Below, in pieces: positions 39,050 through 46,136 of a DNA stretch of 53,023 nt (the stretch's first letter is position 1; every line of letters starts with the position of its first letter). The position numbers and the translations under genes were made by a program. The notes under the pieces were generated by a model, which did no database searches, was not told the origin of the DNA, and saw only the letters and a list, made by a program, of their open reading frames with translations. Source of the stretch: a virus (taxonomy: Duplodnaviria; Caudoviricetes); IMG/VR virus record IMGVR_UViG_3300025674_000057, positions 1 to 53,023 of that record; one strand, given 5' to 3'.

Positions 39050-39056
39050 GAATTAA

Positions 39057-39398
39057 TCAGGCAAACACATAACCACTGCAGAAATCTTCGGTCTTGTATA
39101 CATTCTGACCGTTAACTGCACCCACAAACTTTCTCACATACCAGAGGAAATCTTTCTGAAATACACCTTCACCAGCAATGCAGAATTCAGAGCAAAGTGC
39201 ATTCAAACGGGATTTTGTGGTGGTGGATTGCCAACCATCGTCAAAAATGGTCATGCTGGTGTCATCAATCATGGCAATCTTGTTGCCGTGCAGATACACA
39301 AAAGAAACACCATCCATGGTAACAACTTGAGTGTTTCCAGATGACCAGTTCTCATTTGCCTTGATAGCAGCGATCATCTGGGTTTCGATCTTACGCAT
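39057..39398 (-). CDS. Conserved phage hypothetical protein
   Basis: MRKIE, VYLHGN.IA, GWQS.TTKSRLNA, GVFQK.F.W motifs. Confidence 0.85.
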   Translation of the reverse strand: MRKIETQMIAAIKANENWSSGNTQVVTMDGVSFVYLHGNKIAMIDDTSMTIFDDGWQSTTTKSRLNALCSEFCIAGEGVFQKDFLWYVRKFVGAVNGQNVYKTEDFCSGYVFA

Positions 39399-39446
39399 GA
39401 GAGAGAAGAGAAAGGACGTGGGAGGGTGCTGTCCCCTCCACCTCTA

Positions 39447-39554
39447 TACAATACAGCATTTTGGGGGTCGTGCCAAAATCGTGTGTAGGTTGCTCAACCG
39501 TCCACCCGCGGCTGCGATTCTCAATAGTAAAAATACTTGAGAATCGAAACGGTT
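39447..39554 (-). repeat. Promoter unit 5 plus GATTCTCAA hairpin; ~108-bp direct repeat, copy 1
   Basis: About 90/108 identical to 40300-40407 by hand alignment. Confidence 0.85.
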
Positions 39555-39566
39555 AGTGATAGAAAC

Positions 39567-39728
39567 TCACTGACCGTTTGTGTAACTTCCTAGAAGATGT
39601 TCACCCTGACGAACTTCGGCATAACCAAATTCTTCAGAGAGATCTAAACACAAACCCCATGCATCGTCGATATCAACAAAGGAAGAATTTTCGTAAGGTG
39701 CAGATGGGCAGTGAACAGAATAACGCAT
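39567..39728 (-). CDS. 53-aa hypothetical protein
   Basis: Hand-read: MRYSVHCPSAPYENSSFVDIDDAWGLCLDLSEEFGYAEVRQGEHLLGSYTNGQ. Confidence 0.7.
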   Translation of the reverse strand: MRYSVHCPSAPYENSSFVDIDDAWGLCLDLSEEFGYAEVRQGEHLLGSYTNGQ

Positions 39729-39761
39729 GATGATGTTAATGAAGGAACGAATGAGTTAGTG

Positions 39762-40016
39762 TTAACGAAGGAGTTGCAGTTTCACAACCTCAGGCACACT
39801 ATGATCCTCTCTCACAGTGTGAATGTGGAAATTAGGATTGAGACGTTGGCATGTAGCAATTGCATCCTCTTTAGTGGCAGCAATGTAACCCAACTCATCA
39901 CGCATAATGTGACCATTAGGACGTTCAAAACGACCGGAAATGATGAACTTGGTTTCGTGAATTGCCATAAGCTGATTGTCAGTTTGGAGTGCGATTGTGC
40001 AAGGGTCAGTGTACAT
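39762..40016 (-). CDS. Hypothetical protein
   Basis: 84 aa; TGATG-coupled to the upstream ORF; starts MYTDPCT. Confidence 0.7.
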   Translation of the reverse strand: MYTDPCTIALQTDNQLMAIHETKFIISGRFERPNGHIMRDELGYIAATKEDAIATCQRLNPNFHIHTVREDHSVPEVVKLQLLR

Positions 40017-40276
40017 CAGTCGATGTAAATGTTTCGGAGGTCGTTACGATTGTCGCAGGATTCCCACACAGAGTAGAAAGAATTCCATGCACCTTCGTTA
40101 TCAACAAAGGAGTCAATATCGAGCATCTCACATACCCAATCATATGCCATATCGATGTCGGCATTTGTATCATTCACGAATGCACACATCTGACCCATAA
40201 TGTCATCCCAAGTTGCTTGCATTTCGGGGGAGATAGAGAACATGCCGTTTGAATAAGTGAAGAGGAAAGTTGCCAT
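40016..40276 (-). CDS. Acidic hypothetical protein (paralogue of 41079-41291)
   Basis: FV.DTNADIDMAYDWVCEM; start reassigned downstream of the promoter. Confidence 0.7.
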   Translation of the reverse strand: MATFLFTYSNGMFSISPEMQATWDDIMGQMCAFVNDTNADIDMAYDWVCEMLDIDSFVDNEGAWNSFYSVWESCDNRNDLRNIYID

Positions 40277-40299
40277 TGCTTGTGTTTCTTTGACCCTTC

Positions 40300-40407
40300 T
40301 ACAATACATGATTTTGGGGGTCGTGCCCATTTTGTGTTCCACCTATCCGACCGTCCACCCGCGGCTGCGATTCTCAATAATAAAAGTACTTGAGAATCGA
40401 AACGGTT
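40300..40407 (-). repeat. Promoter unit 6 plus GATTCTCAA hairpin; direct repeat, copy 2
   Basis: See copy 1; palindrome TGTTCCACC-tatccg-ACCGTCCAC at 40335-40358. Confidence 0.85.
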
Positions 40408-40411
40408 TATA

Positions 40412-40570
40412 TCAACTAGCAGGAAAGTTACGGCAGACAGCATCACACAAAACCTTCACAAGTTCAGAGTCGTTTGTGATACCATACTCTTGGAAATACT
40501 CCTCAATGATACAATCAATGTCCTCCATAAGTTGTTCACGAGCAGTCAGCATTTCAAGATTAGTGTTCAT
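40412..40570 (-). CDS. Hypothetical protein
   Basis: REQLMEDIDCI...LCDAVC.NFP. Confidence 0.7.
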   Translation of the reverse strand: MNTNLEMLTAREQLMEDIDCIIEEYFQEYGITNDSELVKVLCDAVCRNFPAS

Positions 40571-40602
40571 TTTAGAATAGGAGAAAGATGATACGAAAGA
40601 CA

Positions 40603-40737
40603 TCAATAGTCGATGTTAGCCTTGAGATAATCTTCTACGTCAAACTTATCATCTTTCTCCCATTCTTCTTTATACTCGATGACATCGTAGATCTCACCGG
40701 GAGCATCAACAATTTCAGACCAAGTTGCATCAAACAT
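40603..40737 (-). CDS. 44-aa acidic hypothetical protein
   Basis: Hand-read: MFDATWSEIVDAPGEIYDVIEYKEEWEKDDKFDVEDYLKANIDY. Confidence 0.65.
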   Translation of the reverse strand: MFDATWSEIVDAPGEIYDVIEYKEEWEKDDKFDVEDYLKANIDY

Positions 40738-40765
40738 AATCAAATAGCAAAGGGACAGTTAGTGA

Positions 40766-40966
40766 TTACCAAGAGAGAACAATACCCTGTCCAGGGTCAG
40801 CAATTCTCACATTTTCTTTCTGTTTAACAAACATTTTCTTCCAAGTTGATTGTCCATCAATCTCACCAACGATAAAATCTACGGTGCGGGTTGATACTTT
40901 CACCCCTGCCAATCCGTTGAGCACGAGTGAGCAACCTACGCAAACTTCAGAGAATGGAACAATCAT
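40766..40966 (-). CDS. Hypothetical protein
   Basis: First ORF behind promoter unit 7. Confidence 0.6.
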   Translation of the reverse strand: MIVPFSEVCVGCSLVLNGLAGVKVSTRTVDFIVGEIDGQSTWKKMFVKQKENVRIADPGQGIVLSW

Positions 40967-40991
40967 TGGAGTGAAATGTCTCAACTTAAAT

Positions 40992-41049
40992 ACAATACAC
41001 GATTCTGGGGTCTTGTGGCGGTTTGGTGGACACCTTGCCGACCGTCACA
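40992..41049 (-). promoter_or_regulatory. Early promoter unit 7
   Basis: TATTGT 40992-40997; GTGGACACC-ttgccg-ACCGTCACA 41026-41049. Confidence 0.7.
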
Positions 41050-41078
41050 GCGGGTCAGCCGCCGCGAGTATAAAGAAC

Positions 41079-41291
41079 TCACGGGCAGTTGTACCTAGAA
41101 TCGTTCATGTATTCTTTATACACCTCAGCAACTTCTTCCCAATGCTCATCACGAAGTTCACCACACATGTTCTCCATCCAATCATAAACCATGCCCCAAT
41201 CTGCATCATTTTCCATAATGAATTGAGGCAGAGACTGCAGGTAAAACTGGAAAGAATTCATGGCGAAAGTGCAGGGGTCGGTGTAAACCAA
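41079..41291 (-). CDS. Acidic hypothetical protein
   Basis: Probable TTG start (VYTDPCT...), FIMENDADWGMVYDWMENM; start position uncertain. Confidence 0.65.
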   Translation of the reverse strand: MVYTDPCTFAMNSFQFYLQSLPQFIMENDADWGMVYDWMENMCGELRDEHWEEVAEVYKEYMNDSRYNCP

Positions 41292-41318
41292 AATCAGGTC
41301 GTTTTCGAACTTGAAACT

Positions 41319-41377
41319 ACAATACACGATTTTGGGGGGATATCAACCCCCCTTGTGACAGTTCTCAGATCGTCCGC
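41319..41377 (-). promoter_or_regulatory. Early promoter unit 8
   Basis: TATTGT 41319-41324; TGTGACAGT-tctcag-ATCGTCCGC 41354-41377. Confidence 0.7.
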
Positions 41378-41676
41378 ACGTAGTTATAAACAGAGCGACA
41401 ATCGTTGTAGAATTCTTTACACTCAGGCACGAACACAGTATTAATCCATGCCCAGAAAGTCTTTGCACCTTCGATAACCTGAAGCACGAACAATTGAGTC
41501 CGTTCGGTCATATCATGCTCTTTCCACTTCTGAGCAATCACAGTAGCAATTGCAGCAACGATTAGGCACAGGTTCTCAACACCATCCATGAAAGTGTTGT
41601 AGTGTTTCTTATAATCAATCTCGACAATCATCTCCACGAATGCATCAACGGGAGGGAAAGATTTGGTCAGTTCCAT
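41365..41676 (-). CDS. Hypothetical protein with a hydrophobic/amphipathic helix
   Basis: FPPVD.F, LCLIVAAIATVIA; stop lies in the palindrome spacer. Confidence 0.75.
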   Translation of the reverse strand: MELTKSFPPVDAFVEMIVEIDYKKHYNTFMDGVENLCLIVAAIATVIAQKWKEHDMTERTQLFVLQVIEGAKTFWAWINTVFVPECKEFYNDCRSVYNYVRTI

Positions 41677-41736
41677 TGTTGTTTAAAAAAAAAGGATTTG
41701 TGGGGGAAAATGTAGCGAATTCCCGACCACAAAACC

Positions 41737-41873
41737 AACATAATCGATCTCGGCGCACAAGTCAACCCATCTGCGCCAGTTCTCCAACTGTCCACCATTC
41801 TCAATAAGACTTAGTTATTGAGAATCAATAAGATCTTTTAAATGAGAATGGGTCCAGTCTCCGAACTGGCACA
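41737..41873 (-). promoter_or_regulatory. Early promoter unit 9, hairpin and a second (orphan) palindrome
   Basis: TTGACT-17-TATGTT; TGCGCCAGT-tctcca-ACTGTCCAC 41772-41795; ATTCTCAATAA-7-TTATTGAGAAT 41797-41825; GGGTCCAGT-ctccga-ACTGGCACA 41850-41873. Confidence 0.7.
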
Positions 41874-42038
41874 TTAAAAGATATCGGAGTAATCCTTGAT
41901 GGTAATATTAATATCCTCGTCTCCTTCTAGCTCCAGAAGATCTTTCCAGTCAAGATCTTCTAGTTCTAGATCATCATAACACATGATGTCTAGTGTTACA
42001 CGTACTAGGCGTTTTTGTGCGACCATGTGTGCAGGCAT
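41874..42038 (-). CDS. Small acidic hypothetical protein
   Basis: Hand-read: MPAHMVAQKRLVRVTLDIMCYDDLELEDLDWKDLLELEGDEDINITIKDYSDIF; TTGCGT-17-TATAAT at 42062-42090. Confidence 0.7.
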   Translation of the reverse strand: MPAHMVAQKRLVRVTLDIMCYDDLELEDLDWKDLLELEGDEDINITIKDYSDIF

Positions 42039-42067
42039 GACTCTCGTGCTGTGTGTACTAGATTATA

Positions 42068-42253
42068 TCATGCATAATGCTTATACGCAAGCGCATCATA
42101 ATCTAGTGCATCTCGTGTGTAGTCGTCATCGTCATATGAATCTAGTGCTTGTGCATCTAGTGCATATGATTGCATATATGTCTCATACATCTCGTCGAGA
42201 TCGTATGTGTAATCTTGTGTGAATGAGTAGTCGAGATCGTAGTCGTCGTACAT
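42068..42253 (-). CDS. Asp/Tyr-rich low-complexity peptide
   Basis: 61 aa behind TTGCGA-17-TATAAT (42287-42315); contains no Gly, Pro or Trp. Confidence 0.55.
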   Translation of the reverse strand: MYDDYDLDYSFTQDYTYDLDEMYETYMQSYALDAQALDSYDDDDYTRDALDYDALAYKHYA

Positions 42254-42448
42254 AATTCTCGTCGAGATTGTGTATGATGCTTTATGATTATACTGTATTC
42301 TCGTCGAGATCGCAAGTCCCTATAATGCCTGATTCTCGTCGAGATGCATAATAATATATATGTATTCTCGTCTAGATTTGTGTTATTATGCACATAATGC
42401 TCGTCGAGATTCATTATAGCATAATCTCGCCTAGATGTCTAGTCTAGA
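42189..42448. repeat. Array of ~9 TCTCG-N-CGAGA / TCTAG-N-CTAGA palindromes
   Basis: Copies start at 42190, 42226, 42257, 42299, 42334, 42366, 42399, 42425 and 42438. Confidence 0.9.
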
Positions 42449-42494
42449 TTTTATAAGACTGTGTGGGTCTCAGAGTTTTTCGCCGCCCCGTGAC

Positions 42495-42523
42495 TTGACG
42501 AACCGCGCTCCTTATGCTACGCT
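42495..42523 (+). promoter_or_regulatory. Plus-strand (antisense) sigma70 promoter TTGACG-17-TACGCT with extended TG
   Basis: -35 at 42495-42500, TG at 42515-42516, -10 at 42518-42523; points into the tandem repeat. Confidence 0.55.
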
Positions 42524-42543
42524 CGCTAAACTTGCATCAGGGA

Positions 42544-42682
42544 GGCACCTTTACATAAGATTATCGGCACCTTTACATAAGATTATCGGCACCTTTACAT
42601 AAGATTATCGGCACCTTTACATAAGATTTCTATGAGATTATCGGCACCTTTACATAAGATTTACATAAGACTTCTATGAGAT
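42544..42682 (+). repeat. 22-bp tandem repeat GGCACCTTTACATAAGATTATC built from 11-bp subunits
   Basis: Three perfect copies (42544, 42566, 42588) and two partial copies (42610, 42643) separated or followed by 11-mer TTTCTATGAGA-type units. Confidence 0.95.
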
Positions 42683-42823
42683 AAAACCATCTATTCTCAA
42701 CAATAATACCTTATTGATTCTCAATTAATCTAAACTATTGAGAACTGTATAAACAACAACTTTATATTTAAAAAGGTATTTTTTTAATTAAAACAAGGTT
42801 AAAACACCCAGATTAAGGCATTT

Positions 42824-43075
42824 TTACCATTTTTTCACTGGACACTGTGCAGCAGTCAGTCCTGCCTTATGTTCCATATAACAACCACACTTCTTACATC
42901 TCTTTGAGTTCTGTTCAAAGTGTTCACAACCTAGACAAAGACTTAATCTACGACTCTTCTCTAATGGTTCAACAAACAACTTATTATTCTTAATTGCATC
43001 ACGAATTACATCAGCAATTAACAATGTTGAATTCTTTGCTTGTTCTGGTAATGATGGAAACTGATCTTCAGACAT
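42824..43075 (-). CDS. Small Cys-rich (CxxC/CxxCxC) putative metal-binding protein
   Basis: R...CLGC.........CKKCGC.M..K......CP..KW. Confidence 0.75.
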   Translation of the reverse strand: MSEDQFPSLPEQAKNSTLLIADVIRDAIKNNKLFVEPLEKSRRLSLCLGCEHFEQNSKRCKKCGCYMEHKAGLTAAQCPVKKW

Positions 43076-43080
43076 ATGAC

Positions 43081-43233
43081 CTAATTGAATATTGGAATGA
43101 TTTCACTATTTACATATCCTTCATTCATCACATATTTCTCCCAACGTACAGCATCTTCAATTGTATAAAACACTGCTTTCTGTTGAGAGACTTTATTCTT
43201 CTTCTTTCGTTGATAGATGACTTGATACTTCAT
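43081..43233 (-). CDS. 50-aa hypothetical protein
   Basis: Hand-read: MKYQVIYQRKKKNKVSQQKAVFYTIEDAVRWEKYV... Confidence 0.65.
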   Translation of the reverse strand: MKYQVIYQRKKKNKVSQQKAVFYTIEDAVRWEKYVMNEGYVNSEIIPIFN

Positions 43234-43240
43234 AATGCAA

Positions 43241-43507
43241 TTAAGGATCAGAATAACGATAAAGTTGTGACTTATATAAATCCTCTGAACTTCTTGACTT
43301 TACATACTCCAACTCATTCCAATACTGTGGATAACATACTACACAACAATGAGTCTTCTTATGAAAATTGACCAGATTATCAGGTTTATCTTTTACAGAA
43401 ATCTCAATTGTACAATATTCACTATCAACAAAATACACCCATCCTTCTAAATCAGTATGAGAGTTTTTCCACCTTACATAATCATTTAACTTAGGGACAT
43501 AAGACAT
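43241..43507 (-). CDS. Hypothetical protein
   Basis: YVP.LNDYV.W, EGWVYF, W.EL.YVKSR. Confidence 0.75.
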   Translation of the reverse strand: MSYVPKLNDYVRWKNSHTDLEGWVYFVDSEYCTIEISVKDKPDNLVNFHKKTHCCVVCYPQYWNELEYVKSRSSEDLYKSQLYRYSDP

Positions 43508-43824
43508 TGCTCTAATGGATTTAACTTGAGTTGCATTGCAGAATATGGAGTCGTTTTGTTTATATCTACTTGATCACCTTGTTTGACGGAATTGATTGGT
43601 GCATAGTAGGTGTCTGTTTTTGTGTTATAGAATCCCCAGATACAAACAGATTCATCATGAGAATTGTAATTAAACCCATGCTGATGTACAGTCCAAATTG
43701 AAAGAACATGACGTTTAAATTGTAACGTTCGGTAGTAGTATCCTTCTGGGGGACGGTGAATGAAAGATGCTGGGAGTTCATGATTCACGAGTCGCTCGGA
43801 GATGATTGGGATTGTATCCTTCAT
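43486..43824 (-). CDS. Hypothetical protein (true start probably ~43788)
   Basis: FIH.PPEGY.Y, IWGFY..K...Y.AP.N, TTPYSAM. Confidence 0.75.
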   Translation of the reverse strand: MKDTIPIISERLVNHELPASFIHRPPEGYYYRTLQFKRHVLSIWTVHQHGFNYNSHDESVCIWGFYNTKTDTYYAPINSVKQGDQVDINKTTPYSAMQLKLNPLEQCLMSLS

Positions 43825-43930
43825 GAATCAAGGATTGTAGTTTTTCAGATGCTTGTGAACGAGTCAGGTGTTCTTCAATAGGTTCCCAACCTGTTGTACA
43901 AAACTCTTCAATACGATACAGTGCTTCCAT
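43778..43930 (-). CDS. 50-aa hypothetical protein
   Basis: Hand-read: MEALYRIEEFCTTGWEPIEEHLTRSQASEKLQSLIHEGYNPNHLRATRES. Confidence 0.65.
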   Translation of the reverse strand: MEALYRIEEFCTTGWEPIEEHLTRSQASEKLQSLIHEGYNPNHLRATRES

Positions 43931-43938
43931 AATACTAA

Positions 43939-44175
43939 TCAGGTGGTAAAAGATTCAACAACATGAGATTGAACATCATCGGCAAGTGTATACACACGAG
44001 CATCATTGATATTCTTTCTTAAATTACTATAATACTCTGGATACTGCTCATTATCAGAATCAGTAATCAGATCAAAACATTCCTCATTACTCTCCGCAAT
44101 TACATTCCAAACACCACCATACTCTGAAGCAGGAAAAGGAATGAAATGATCAACGATGTAAAGAAACTTCGTCAT
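43939..44175 (-). CDS. Hypothetical protein
   Basis: LYIVDH..PFP.SEYGG; canonical TTGACA-17-TAAAAT promoter at 44199-44227. Confidence 0.8.
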   Translation of the reverse strand: MTKFLYIVDHFIPFPASEYGGVWNVIAESNEECFDLITDSDNEQYPEYYSNLRKNINDARVYTLADDVQSHVVESFTT

Positions 44176-44188
44176 TGTCTTTTATAAA

Positions 44189-44359
44189 TTACTCCTTGAT
44201 TTTAGTTGATTGTGTAAGATTTGTCAATTGTCGATTTAATTCATACTTAATTCCATATAACTTACCACACATATAATTCTCATAAGAATTACCTTTCAAT
44301 AGTGAGAGCAAATTATCAACCTGCATTTGAGCAAGAATGAGTTTGGTTTCTTCAGTCAT
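44189..44359 (-). CDS. 56-aa hypothetical protein
   Basis: Hand-read: MTEETKLILAQMQVDNLLSLLKGNSYENYM...YELNRQLTN. Confidence 0.65.
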   Translation of the reverse strand: MTEETKLILAQMQVDNLLSLLKGNSYENYMCGKLYGIKYELNRQLTNLTQSTKIKE

Positions 44360-44541
44360 CAGAGAAACTCCGCCATGTAATAATCTACAGTCACTTCTAA
44401 CTCTGATGCCTTCTTCTCATAAAACTGATTCGTATAGTCCTCTGCTTCTTTCCATTGCTCATAAGAATGAATGTTTTCTTCGGAGTGATTCATAAAATCA
44501 GAAAATGCAGAAAGAAATTGTTTGATGTCTTCGTCGTTCAT
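44359..44541 (-). CDS. Acidic hypothetical protein
   Basis: Ends EKKASELEVTVDYYMAEFL; start reassigned to MNDED. Confidence 0.7.
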   Translation of the reverse strand: MNDEDIKQFLSAFSDFMNHSEENIHSYEQWKEAEDYTNQFYEKKASELEVTVDYYMAEFL

Positions 44542-44542
44542 A

Positions 44543-44746
44543 TCAGAAAGATGGTACAACATCATTGCGAATACCAGTCTCAGATTGATCCATTTGTTCC
44601 CAGATTGTATGAAGTTTATGATACAATACAGAAACACTTCCATACTCACGAGCAATTAAATACTCATCACGTCCATCTAATTGTTGAAGTGCCGTTAACA
44701 ATATACCAATCTCATGTACATTTAGATTCATACTCGTTTCGGTCAT
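44543..44746 (-). CDS. Hypothetical protein
   Basis: LNVHEIG.LL.AL; AGGAGG upstream of ATG 44746. Confidence 0.7.
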   Translation of the reverse strand: MTETSMNLNVHEIGILLTALQQLDGRDEYLIAREYGSVSVLYHKLHTIWEQMDQSETGIRNDVVPSF

Positions 44747-44857
44747 ATTCCTCCTGTAGTTTGCGTAAAAATTGAATCTCACGATCGATTTGTTCAATGT
44801 CTTCCAAAAGTTTCACCTTGCGTATACTAAGTTCAAGAATACTACTCTCAAATTCCA

Positions 44858-45061
44858 TCATTTTAAATCAATACGATCGAATACTAACATACCAATTTCA
44901 AAAAACAACTCATCATCCATATCACCCATAATGTTTCGAATACCATCGGCAACACTATCCTGCATCGCCTGAGTCACGGTATCATCATTAATTATATACT
45001 CAATGATCGCGGGTTTTAATGCATCCGCAATCTTAGAAACAGAAGAATGAGAAAGTTTCAT
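44858..45061 (-). CDS. Hypothetical protein
   Basis: 67 aa, TAATG-coupled. Confidence 0.7.
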   Translation of the reverse strand: MKLSHSSVSKIADALKPAIIEYIINDDTVTQAMQDSVADGIRNIMGDMDDELFFEIGMLVFDRIDLK

Positions 45062-45201
45062 TAAAACAGTTCCAGTTGAGTGAAAAGAATGTGATCGCAG
45101 CAGGTATCATCATCCTGCAAATCAATCATATCAGTATCAATATGTTTGGTGAGTTTACCAAAGAGAAAGTCAATAAACTCATGATCTTCTTTAGTGAACA
45201 T
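45061..45201 (-). CDS. 46-aa hypothetical protein
   Basis: MFTKEDHEFIDFLFGKL; start reassigned. Confidence 0.65.
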   Translation of the reverse strand: MFTKEDHEFIDFLFGKLTKHIDTDMIDLQDDDTCCDHILFTQLELF

Positions 45202-45352
45202 TGCAGTCAGGGTGTGGTTGTGGAAGTGTAGCACAGATGCGGGAGATACGTTCCATCTGTTCAATCTTACTCTCTCCTTGATAGACCATCTTCATGGCGC
45301 TGATAGCAGCAAGAACAAGGAAGACTACAAGGAGAGGATTTTTAGAAAACAT
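45191..45352 (-). CDS. 53-aa membrane-anchored peptide
   Basis: Hand-read: MFSKNPLLVVFLVLAAISAMKMVYQG...CATLPQPHPDC. Confidence 0.65.
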   Translation of the reverse strand: MFSKNPLLVVFLVLAAISAMKMVYQGESKIEQMERISRICATLPQPHPDCNVH

Positions 45353-45509
45353 TAGTCCACTTGGTGTGATTTGCTTTGGTGATACGACCTTCTGCTAACA
45401 TGTTATCACACACATTAACGAAGACTTGAAACTTCTGCTCACGAGTGAGAGAATGACCACAAGCAGCAGTCTTAATCACACGGAGCATTTGTGCTTTGGT
45501 AGTGATCAT
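45342..45509 (-). CDS. 55-aa hypothetical protein
   Basis: Hand-read: MITTKAQMLRVIK...KFQVFVNVCDNMLAEGRITKANHTKWTNVF. Confidence 0.7.
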   Translation of the reverse strand: MITTKAQMLRVIKTAACGHSLTREQKFQVFVNVCDNMLAEGRITKANHTKWTNVF

Positions 45510-45534
45510 GGATCTCTGTTGCGTTGATGAGACT

Positions 45535-45593
45535 AGTATAAGGCATCCAGAAGGCGTTTCCAGATGCCCTGTGCCGCTTTTTAAACCGCCATA
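45535..45593 (-). promoter_or_regulatory. Early promoter unit 10
   Basis: TATACT 45535-45540; GGCATC..GATGCC inverted repeat; TGTGCCGCT-ttttaa-ACCGCCATA 45570-45593. Confidence 0.65.
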
Positions 45594-45829
45594 GATTGCT
45601 GGAAGTATAACCCAACTCGCTTCATCATGTCAATTAGTGCGAACTGAATCTCTTCCAGTTCTTCTACATCAGCATCAGATTCCCAGAAGTCAACCATATC
45701 AAACTCTTCCATGTTCACAGTACCGTTCTGATACATTGGAGCATAGAACAATTCACCTTCGGTGGAAACCGTGTAGATGCAACCGTGATTTTCAACAGTC
45801 AGGAACACGCCAGAAAAAACAGGGGTCAT
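45581..45829 (-). CDS. Hypothetical protein
   Basis: 82 aa; stop lies in the palindrome spacer. Confidence 0.7.
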   Translation of the reverse strand: MTPVFSGVFLTVENHGCIYTVSTEGELFYAPMYQNGTVNMEEFDMVDFWESDADVEELEEIQFALIDMMKRVGLYFQQSMAV

Positions 45830-45868
45830 TGTAGGAAAAGTGGAAGGTTTAATGCGGAGTTTGTGGAA

Positions 45869-46111
45869 TCAGCAAGCCATGGGAGAATAATCAGAACCTT
45901 GGTATGCTTCCAGGTTGAAGTCAGTCACAGTAGCACCGTTAGCAATGTACTGATTCACATCATAAACCATATCAGATTTGGTGATGGTAGCAAAGGTGAC
46001 CATTTGAGTCCGCTCACAACCAGGATGCCAGGTCACACGGCGAACGAAACCCTTACCAGCAGAAGTGAGGGGATAGTAATCAATTTGCTTGGCGGCGTTC
46101 AGGAGTTGCAT
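45869..46111 (-). CDS. Hypothetical protein
   Basis: IDYYP, FVRRVTW; has its own promoter unit. Confidence 0.75.
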   Translation of the reverse strand: MQLLNAAKQIDYYPLTSAGKGFVRRVTWHPGCERTQMVTFATITKSDMVYDVNQYIANGATVTDFNLEAYQGSDYSPMAC

Positions 46112-46136
46112 GGGGTGTTCCCTCGATTACCTTGTA

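Noticed and set aside
40926-40945. 12-bp inverted match (GTAGGTTGCTCA) to the 39482 palindrome
   Set aside because: Short, inside an ORF and without an associated -10; compatible with chance.
42157-42414. 85-aa minus-strand ORF
   Set aside because: Its ATG overlaps a -10 box, and its sequence is dictated by the palindrome array.
42189-42448. CRISPR array
   Set aside because: Repeats are only 11-13 bp and degenerate, spacing is irregular, some copies lie in an ORF or promoters, and no cas genes are present.
42544-42682. CRISPR array
   Set aside because: Head-to-tail tandem repeat with no unique spacers.
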